Position numbers and translations under genes: made by a program. Positions 57,429-64,000 of a DNA stretch of 64,000 nt are shown here, in pieces. The notes under the pieces are model-generated. The model ran no database searches. It was not told the DNA's origin and worked only from the letters and a program-made list of their open reading frames with translations. This stretch comes from Phocaeicola plebeius (lineage in GTDB: Bacteria > Bacteroidota > Bacteroidia > Bacteroidales > Bacteroidaceae), in contig JALEPZ010000034.1 of the NCBI GenBank assembly GCA_022767125.1, forward strand, positions 16,840 through 80,839, in the 5' to 3' direction. Position 1 is the stretch's first letter. Every line of letters starts with the position of its first letter.

Positions 57429-58763
57429 TTATTTATAAACGGTTCGCTTGTCTACTACGCGCACTGCCTTTCCTTCGCTGACGGGCAGCGTACCCTTGGG
57501 CACGAGCTTCACGATGGGGGTCAGCAGAATTTCATCCTTCAGTGCACGGGTGATGGACTTCTGCAGGGCCGTGAGCCGCTGGTAGTCGTCGGTGAAGAGC
57601 TGTTCCAATTCCACCTCCACGGTCATGTTATCGTTGTTCTCGTCGGTGGTGAGAGTGATGAGGTAGTTGTTGGCCAGCTCTTTGAACTGCATCAGGATCT
57701 TCTCGATCTGTATGGGGAAGATGTTCACTCCGCGCAGCACCATCATGTCGTCCGAGCGGCCTCTCATGCGGTCGATGCGCACGTGGTTGCGTCCGCAGGG
57801 GCAAGACCGTCCAAGCACCCGTGTCAAGTCGCGTGTGCGGTAGCGCAGCAGCGGCATGGCTTCGCGGTTGAGGGTGGTGAGCACCAGTTCGCCGATTTCT
57901 CCGTCGGGCACCGGTTCCAGCGTTTCGGGGTCCACAATCTCCACGATGTAGTAATCTTCCCAAAAGTGGAGTCCGTTTTGCTCCTTACATTCGAATCCTA
58001 CACCGGGTCCGCACATCTCCGACATGCCGAAGGAGTTGTAGGCCTTCACACCCATCATTTCTTCGATTCTCTGGCGCTGCTCTTCCGAGTGCGGCTCCGC
58101 ACCGATGGCCAGCACGCGCAGCTTTGTGTCGCGGCGGGGGTCAATGCCTTGCTCCACCATCACCTCGTGCAGGCGGGTCACGTACGACGGCACAGCATGT
58201 ACGGCAGTGGTTCCGAAGTCGGTCATAAACTTGATCTGGCGCAGCGAGTTGCCCGCCGCCGCCGGGATGGTCAGCATACCGATGCGTTCGGCCCCATATT
58301 GGAACCCGAGTCCTCCCGTAAACATGCCGTAGCCCGAAGAATTCTGGAACACATCGTCGGGACGCAGTCCCACCATCCACAGGTTGCGGGCCACCTGATT
58401 GGCCCACTCGTCGAGGTCTTTCTGGGTGTGCAGGATGACGGTAGGGTTACCGGTCGTTCCCGACGACGAATGCAGACGCACACATTCAGTAAGGGGCACA
58501 GAAGCAAGGCCGAACGGATACGTATCGCGAAGGTCCTGCTTGGTGGTGAAGGGAATGCGGCGGATGTCGTCTACGCACGTAATGCTCTCTGGCGACACGC
58601 CCGCTCTTTCCAGCCGTTCCTTATACACTGGGTTGTTCATACAGTGCGCCACAGTGGCCCGCAACCGGTCCACCTGCAGCGCAGCAATTTCCGTCCTCGA
58701 CATCGTCTCCCGTTCAGGGTCGAGGTATTCTGACTTCCAGTCAGGTAAAGGTCTTCTGTACAT
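57429..58763 (-). CDS. paaK: Phenylacetate/aryl-acid--CoA ligase, copy 2
   Basis: HSSSGTTGNP, GYGMFTGGLG, NSFGMSEMCGPG, RYRTRD, GRSDDMMVLRGVNIFP. Confidence 0.93.
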   Translation of the reverse strand: MYRRPLPDWKSEYLDPERETMSRTEIAALQVDRLRATVAHCMNNPVYKERLERAGVSPESITCVDDIRRIPFTTKQDLRDTYPFGLASVPLTECVRLHSSSGTTGNPTVILHTQKDLDEWANQVARNLWMVGLRPDDVFQNSSGYGMFTGGLGFQYGAERIGMLTIPAAAGNSLRQIKFMTDFGTTAVHAVPSYVTRLHEVMVEQGIDPRRDTKLRVLAIGAEPHSEEQRQRIEEMMGVKAYNSFGMSEMCGPGVGFECKEQNGLHFWEDYYIVEIVDPETLEPVPDGEIGELVLTTLNREAMPLLRYRTRDLTRVLGRSCPCGRNHVRIDRMRGRSDDMMVLRGVNIFPIQIEKILMQFKELANNYLITLTTDENNDNMTVEVELEQLFTDDYQRLTALQKSITRALKDEILLTPIVKLVPKGTLPVSEGKAVRVVDKRTVYK

Positions 58764-58769
58764 GCTTCT

Positions 58770-59342
58770 TCAATTGTTCGCCCCCTTGTCAAACGCCTTC
58801 AGGTTAGCCTCTACCACAGCCTCACCCTTGCGGGCAAAGATGTTGGCCACAGCGTTGCGCAGGGCTTCCGATGAAACGATTTCGATGTATTTCGCAGCCA
58901 TTCCCAGCAGCACCACGTTGGCCGAACGGGCCGAACCGGCTTCCTTGGCCACATTCTCGATGTCGAGCATGATGACTTTGTTGGGCAAGGCGTTCAGTTC
59001 GTCGAACAGTGCCTGCTCATCAGGATAGTTGGGAATGTTGACAAAGGGTTTGTTGCTGGTCACGATGACCCCGTCCTTAGCCAGATAAGGCAGATAGCGC
59101 AGGGCCTCCATCGGTTCCATGGAGATAATCATATCAGCTCCTCCCTTCTGGATCAGATCGCTATAGATGGTTGTCGTAGAAAGGCGGAGGTTCGACTGCA
59201 CGTCACCACCGCGCTGGCTCATGCCATGTACTTCCGCCTGTTTCAGGTGGATGCCCGCCAACGTGGCCGCTTCGCCGATAATAGTTGCAATGGAGAGGAT
59301 ACCTTGTCCTCCCACACCACACAATATAATGTCTTTTTTCAT
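58770..59342 (-). CDS. iorB: Indolepyruvate (arylpyruvate):ferredoxin oxidoreductase beta subunit
   Basis: GVGGQGIL, EVHGMSQRGGDV, ANVVLLG. Confidence 0.95.
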   Translation of the reverse strand: MKKDIILCGVGGQGILSIATIIGEAATLAGIHLKQAEVHGMSQRGGDVQSNLRLSTTTIYSDLIQKGGADMIISMEPMEALRYLPYLAKDGVIVTSNKPFVNIPNYPDEQALFDELNALPNKVIMLDIENVAKEAGSARSANVVLLGMAAKYIEIVSSEALRNAVANIFARKGEAVVEANLKAFDKGANN

Positions 59343-59357
59343 ACGTTCAAATAATGC

Positions 59358-60980
59358 TTAGTTCTTCTTTCTCTCCCGTGCGTGCCGGGCGGCCGTCTGA
59401 ATGCACTCGCGGCGCGGGATAATCACTGAGACTCCGTTGTACTCGATCTCTTCCTTAATGGTACGGGTTATTTCCTCCATGTTCTTCGGCAGGGGCACCA
59501 CCACGCGTACGTGTGCTGGATCTACGCCCAGGCCGATGCAGATAGCTTCGAACTTGTTGGTACCTGCCGAGTCCTGTCCGCCGGTCATGCCGGTGGTGAG
59601 GTTATCCGAAATGATTACCGTGATGTTCGACCCGTCGTTGACGGCATCGAGCAGTCCTGTCATACCGGAGTGAGTGAAAGTAGAGTCACCTATAACGGCA
59701 ATGGCAGGAAACAGTCCGGCATCGGCCGCTCCCTTGGCCATGGTGATAGACGCCCCCATGTCAACGCAGCTCGAGAGGGCCTTATAGGGCGGCAGTGCTC
59801 CGAGGGTATAGCAGCCGATGTCGCCAAAGATGCGATGGTCGGGATAGTCGGCAGCCACCTTGTTCAGGGCCGCATACACATCGCGGTGGCCACATCCCTG
59901 GCAGAGCTGGGGCGGACGGGCGGCAAGGTTCTTGGCCACGGGCAAAATGGCCGGCAGGTCCACGCCCATGGCAACAGCCACACAATCGGGTGTCAGTTCA
60001 CCGGTCCGGGGCAGTGTGCCTGTCAGCCTTCCCGTCACGGGGTAGTCCGTTCCGAGCATCCCCTTCACGGCCTCTTCCACCACAGGCTGTCCGTCTTCCA
60101 CCACGAGGATCTTTGCACTCTCATGGGCCAACTGGCGGATGCGCTCTTCCGAAAGCGGGTATTGCGACACCTTTTCTATATTATAGCAGGCCTGTTTCTC
60201 CAAGGGCAACTGGGCAATAGCCTCTTTCACGTAGTTGTAGCCGATGCCGCAGGCCACGATGCCCGTCTTCTCTACCGTAGGGACCGTTTCGCTATATTCG
60301 CTTCGGTTGAACGGCGACCGGTGGCTGGCTTGAATCATGTCAGCCTGCTTCCCGATTAGTGCGTCGTATTTCTTTCGGGCAATGCCGGGCAGCAACACCC
60401 ATGCGTCGGTAGAGATATGAAGAGCGTTCTGTTCGCGCGGTTCCTTCACCATCACTCCCGCACGGGAATGGGCCAGGCGGGTCACCACGCGCAGCAACAC
60501 GGGTTCCTTGATGGCCTCCGAATAGTCGAAAGCCACTTCCATCATATCATACGCCTCCTGTTGGTCGGAAGGTTCGAAGACAGGCAACAGGGCAAATTTT
60601 CCATAAAAGCGGGAATCCTGCTCATTCTGACTGGAATGCATCGAGGGGTCGTCGGCAGCCAGTACCACCAATCCGCCCTGTACGCCGGTAATGGCGCTGT
60701 TGATGAAAGCATCGGCACAGACATTCATGCCCACATGTTTCATGCAGACAAGAGCCCGCTTGCCTGCATACGACATTCCAAGGGCCGCCTCCATGGCTGT
60801 TTTCTCATTCGTACACCAGCGCGAATGGATGCCGCGCTCTTTGGCTAAGGGATGATGCTGGATGAACTCGGTAATTTCTGTCGAGGGGGTGCCGGGATAG
60901 GCATAAACTCCGCTCAGACCAGCATGTATGGCGCCGAGTGCAATCGCTTCATCTCCCAAAAGAAGTTTCTTTTCCATCAT
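59358..60980 (-). CDS. iorA: Indolepyruvate (arylpyruvate):ferredoxin oxidoreductase alpha subunit
   Basis: YAYPGTPSTEI, NEKTAME, RPPQLCQGCGHR, GDIGCY, ThDP motif GDSTFTHSG...N. Confidence 0.96.
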   Translation of the reverse strand: MMEKKLLLGDEAIALGAIHAGLSGVYAYPGTPSTEITEFIQHHPLAKERGIHSRWCTNEKTAMEAALGMSYAGKRALVCMKHVGMNVCADAFINSAITGVQGGLVVLAADDPSMHSSQNEQDSRFYGKFALLPVFEPSDQQEAYDMMEVAFDYSEAIKEPVLLRVVTRLAHSRAGVMVKEPREQNALHISTDAWVLLPGIARKKYDALIGKQADMIQASHRSPFNRSEYSETVPTVEKTGIVACGIGYNYVKEAIAQLPLEKQACYNIEKVSQYPLSEERIRQLAHESAKILVVEDGQPVVEEAVKGMLGTDYPVTGRLTGTLPRTGELTPDCVAVAMGVDLPAILPVAKNLAARPPQLCQGCGHRDVYAALNKVAADYPDHRIFGDIGCYTLGALPPYKALSSCVDMGASITMAKGAADAGLFPAIAVIGDSTFTHSGMTGLLDAVNDGSNITVIISDNLTTGMTGGQDSAGTNKFEAICIGLGVDPAHVRVVVPLPKNMEEITRTIKEEIEYNGVSVIIPRRECIQTAARHARERKKN

Positions 60981-61029
60981 TTTACAATTATTATATCGTA
61001 GATTTTGTATCGTTTAAGGGTTCTGGGCA

Positions 61030-61037
61030 CAAAGTTA
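61030..61037 (-). promoter_or_regulatory. -7 promoter box for the ior-paaK operon
   Basis: TAACTTTG on the minus strand, 50 bp upstream of iorA. Confidence 0.65.
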
Positions 61038-61211
61038 GCGTTTATTCTTTTAATAGCAACAAAAAATTACATTTTGTTTATGTATATAGGTATTTCGTAT
61101 ACAGTCGTATTTTGACATATCCTTACGAAGCTAATGCAACAGGCGGTAGGTCGGTTGCGAAATAAGGAATATCCTGGCAAGCGAAGCAAAGGGACTTTCG
61201 GCAGTGAATAC

Positions 61212-61341
61212 CGTATAGGGAAAGACTTGTCAGGGAAAAGCATCCTGTTGGCTACGTGTCCAAATCCAGCTACCTTCATGGGCAATAAGATTCATAATCT
61301 TACAGTTGTAAGGTTATGAATCTTATCAGGAATGGGATTAT
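61212..61341 (+). repeat. Dispersed ~130-bp element, copy B
   Basis: Homologous to 22346-22475; contains a near-perfect 20-bp hairpin ATAAGATTCATAATCTTACA-GT-TGTAAGGTTATGAATCTTAT. Confidence 0.8.
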
Positions 61342-61355
61342 CACAAAAAAAAAAA

Positions 61356-62975
61356 TTAGAATTTAACCTCCCGACACAGACAAACCCTTTGATGGGTGAC
61401 AGGATGAACGAACTCTAGGGCAGCGGCATGCAGGCACAAACGATGGGCTGGTGTACCATAGAGCACATCTCCCACAATCGGGAAATCCAGGCCGCGGGCA
61501 TGAGCAGCATGGACCCGCAACTGATGCGTGCGGCCCGTCAGCGGAAAGAAATCCACCAGCGTACGTCCGTTCTGACGGCAACGCACCACATACTGCGTCA
61601 GGGCCGTTTTCCCTTCTAATTCATCCACCTTCTGCCGCGGACGGTCAAGCCAGTCGGGCGACAGGGGCAAGTCGATGGTACCGGTATCTGAAGGGAGAAC
61701 TCCTTCCAGCAAGGCGGTATACCGTTTGCGTACCTGCCTCGTCTCGAACAGCCGCTGCAACTGTTCATGTACCTCTTTTGTTTTGGCTGCCAGCAGCAGG
61801 CCCGATGTGTCCATGTCAAGGCGGTGGACCAGCAAGGGTCCTGTAGCCGACGGGTAGCGACAGCGCAGGCGCGTCAGCACCGAATCATCGGATTTCTTAC
61901 CCGGTACCGACAGTAGGCCGGCCGGCTTGTCCACTACCACCAGCCACTCATCTTCGTAGACCACCTCCAGCTCCCCTTCCTGAACAACATGCTCCAGAGG
62001 ATCCGGCTCAACCTCCAGTCCCTGCAAGGTATGGCGCAGAATCGGCGCGCACTTACCTTGACAGGAGGGATAGAACACTCCTTGACGGCGCACCTCGTTC
62101 TTCGGAGAGTCGCCCCACCAGAATTCCCCGAAGGCTAAGGGATGGAGTTCGTTCAGATAAGCATGCTGGAGCAACTTGGGCAGCGCACATTCGCCAGCCC
62201 CTGCCGGCGGGGTATGTGCCGGCGTATCTCGAAACAGCTCGGTCAGGTCGCGCGTCTCTCCCCGCGCATTGAGCAGCCGGAACTGCCGGAACAAGCGGTT
62301 CTGCAAGGCAGCCGAGCGCGACTTCCGCTCCTGTCTCCATGCCTCCAGCTGCCCGTTCCATTGCCTCAGTTCCGCTTCCTGTACTTCCAGTTCCGCTTTC
62401 ATCCGCCGTTCCAGCCGCTTGTATTCTGCCTTTTCGAACTGGCTCTCGCGCACCAATGCCTGGCGGCCCTCCTCGTCCAGGTTTGTCCGACTACGCAGTT
62501 CTTCCCGAAGGCGTTTCCGCTCTTTCAATGCCTGCCGCGCCGTTTCCAGCTGAACCTGCACCTCCTGCCGCAACTTCTCCGTACGGTTTACGCAGTCCCG
62601 GTAAGCCGCGGAGGCCACCACCTCGTCCATACGATGGTTGATGTCTGAAATCTGCTCCTCCTCGCGACGGAAGAAACCATCGGGACGTAGCAGGTCATAG
62701 ACTGGGGGGACAAAATAATCGTGACGGTTACTCCCTGCCAAGATTCCCGAGAAGGCTGCCGTAAACCCTACACTTCCGTCATCGAGCTGCACGACGAGCA
62801 CCCCGAACATCTTGCCCTGCCGCAATTCCTCCTGCCAGTCGGTACGGGCAGAAAGATAACGCTCCACCTCCTGTGCGGCCAAGACCGTCAGGGGATGGGG
62901 CGTATAGTGAAAAGGATACGTGAACCGTTCGGGCAGAGGAATGTCCGAGATGTCCGTTGTAAACCGATGAATCAT
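61356..62975 (-). CDS. Long-form RluA family pseudouridine synthase
   Basis: [30 protein letters not shown]; coiled-coil N-terminal half. Confidence 0.93.
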   Translation of the reverse strand: MIHRFTTDISDIPLPERFTYPFHYTPHPLTVLAAQEVERYLSARTDWQEELRQGKMFGVLVVQLDDGSVGFTAAFSGILAGSNRHDYFVPPVYDLLRPDGFFRREEEQISDINHRMDEVVASAAYRDCVNRTEKLRQEVQVQLETARQALKERKRLREELRSRTNLDEEGRQALVRESQFEKAEYKRLERRMKAELEVQEAELRQWNGQLEAWRQERKSRSAALQNRLFRQFRLLNARGETRDLTELFRDTPAHTPPAGAGECALPKLLQHAYLNELHPLAFGEFWWGDSPKNEVRRQGVFYPSCQGKCAPILRHTLQGLEVEPDPLEHVVQEGELEVVYEDEWLVVVDKPAGLLSVPGKKSDDSVLTRLRCRYPSATGPLLVHRLDMDTSGLLLAAKTKEVHEQLQRLFETRQVRKRYTALLEGVLPSDTGTIDLPLSPDWLDRPRQKVDELEGKTALTQYVVRCRQNGRTLVDFFPLTGRTHQLRVHAAHARGLDFPIVGDVLYGTPAHRLCLHAAALEFVHPVTHQRVCLCREVKF

Positions 62976-63796
62976 TCCAAGATGCGTTGTCGGGTAAAGC
63001 AGTCGGCGAATTTCTGGTCTACCTCTTCCACGGCCTCCTTGAAGATGCCGAAGACCGCCGAACCAGAGCCGCTCATCTGGGCGTAGACTGCTCCCAGGTC
63101 ATACAGCTGGTCCTTAATAGCCGCTATTTCGGGATGGCTGACAAAGACGCTCTTCTCGAAATCATTCTTCAGGCAGTCTTTCCACTCCGCAATGGGCCGG
63201 GCGATGGCTTCCTTCAGAGGAATTTCCGGACGCTGCGGACGGATGTTAGCGTAGGCCTCCCGCGTGGAAACGGAGATATCGGGCTTGATGACAACAACAT
63301 GATAGCCCTTCAGCGAGAGAGCAATCGGCTCGAACACGTTTCCCGTGCCCGTAGCCAGTACCGGACGGTTTTGGATGAAGAACGGGCAGTCCGCACCCAG
63401 CCGCGACGCATAACTCTCCATCTCGGCAGGAGTAAGGCCGAGGTTGAACTTCTTGTTGAGTGTCTTGATCATGAACGCACAGTCGGACGACCCTCCTCCC
63501 AGTCCAGCTTCGGTAGGGATATGCTTGTGCAGGTGAATGTCCACGGGTACCAGATGATGCTTTTCGTTCAACAGCCGATAGGCCTTCACCACGAGGTTAT
63601 CCTCCGGACTGCCATCGAGATTAGCTCCAGTTACGTGCAGGCGGAACGATTCGTCGCAGCCCGAGAGTCGTGTCACTTCGAGCGCATCCTGCAGGTTGAT
63701 GGGATAGAACACCGTTTCGAGGTTATGATAGCCATCGGGGCGTTTCTCGACTACGCTCAGTCCCAGGTTTATCTTAGCGTTCGGATAAGTTATCAT
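62972..63796 (-). CDS. ispE: 4-diphosphocytidyl-2-C-methyl-D-erythritol kinase
   Basis: [39 protein letters not shown] box at 63822-63829. Confidence 0.96.
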   Translation of the reverse strand: MITYPNAKINLGLSVVEKRPDGYHNLETVFYPINLQDALEVTRLSGCDESFRLHVTGANLDGSPEDNLVVKAYRLLNEKHHLVPVDIHLHKHIPTEAGLGGGSSDCAFMIKTLNKKFNLGLTPAEMESYASRLGADCPFFIQNRPVLATGTGNVFEPIALSLKGYHVVVIKPDISVSTREAYANIRPQRPEIPLKEAIARPIAEWKDCLKNDFEKSVFVSHPEIAAIKDQLYDLGAVYAQMSGSGSAVFGIFKEAVEEVDQKFADCFTRQRILE

Positions 63797-63944
63797 GTAA
63801 AATTCATTTTGGTTACGGGGTCAAATATAAGCATTCTTTTTGATTTCTTTGTAGATTTCGTCCAAAAAGTTTTCAAGCCATCTGCCCAAAGGGGTAAAGG
63901 GACAAGATTTTCTCTGAGTCACCTTAATTTAGCAGACGAACTGG

Positions 63945-64000
63945 ACACCCTAATTATTAACCTACCTTGAGGCATAAAGGTTATTAACCTTATCTGATGA
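63945..64000 (-). repeat. Dispersed element, copy C (inverted, cut by window edge)
   Basis: TTGAGGC-ATA-AAGGTTATTAACCTTAT-CT-GATGA matches the reverse complement of copy A (TTGAGGC-TGT-AAGGTTAATGACCTTAT-TCCC-GATGA). Confidence 0.65.

Noticed and set aside
34309-60980. Functional link between the aryl-acid operon and cobamide lower-ligand supply (phenolyl cobamides)
   Set aside because: cobT is a single canonical-looking gene rather than an ArsAB pair, and unrelated genes separate the two clusters; proximity alone is not evidence.

Overview
Chromosomal window from a Bacteroidales bacterium, probably Bacteroidaceae-like: TAnnTTTG promoter boxes, the conserved tsaD-cinA-rpmB-rpmG-DUF4295-ftsY-rimO-HU-moxR-bat synteny, and fairly GC-rich coding DNA. 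From left to right it holds: (1) the moxR/DUF58/batABCD(E) operon and upstream housekeeping genes (1-15 kb); (2) gmd-fcl, gtrA, aspS, yigZ, a lone Rpn/PD-(D/E)XK nuclease with a 12-bp tandem array, and EamA (16-25 kb); (3) a ~22-kb cobamide region with a cobalamin riboswitch, TonB receptor, XusB/DUF4374-like lipoprotein, cbiA, btuFCD-like ABC and cobUTSC on +, pduO-cobQ-cobD-cbiB on -, and four fused cbi genes (HC, ET, GF, JD) on +, with no cbiK, cbiL or uroporphyrinogen methyltransferase in the window; (4) rsmE with an uncharacterised DUF4836/ABC module; (5) a short free-standing sRNA candidate; (6) an eight-gene operon iorA-iorB-paaK-ACT-porin-Na+:solute symporter-paaK-aminotransferase that looks like a complete aryl-acid uptake and conversion system; (7) rluA-ispE. 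A diverged ~130-bp element with twin palindromic boxes occurs three times in intergenic DNA. I saw no rRNA, tRNA, CRISPR array or intact IS. All product calls come from motif recognition without database searches.
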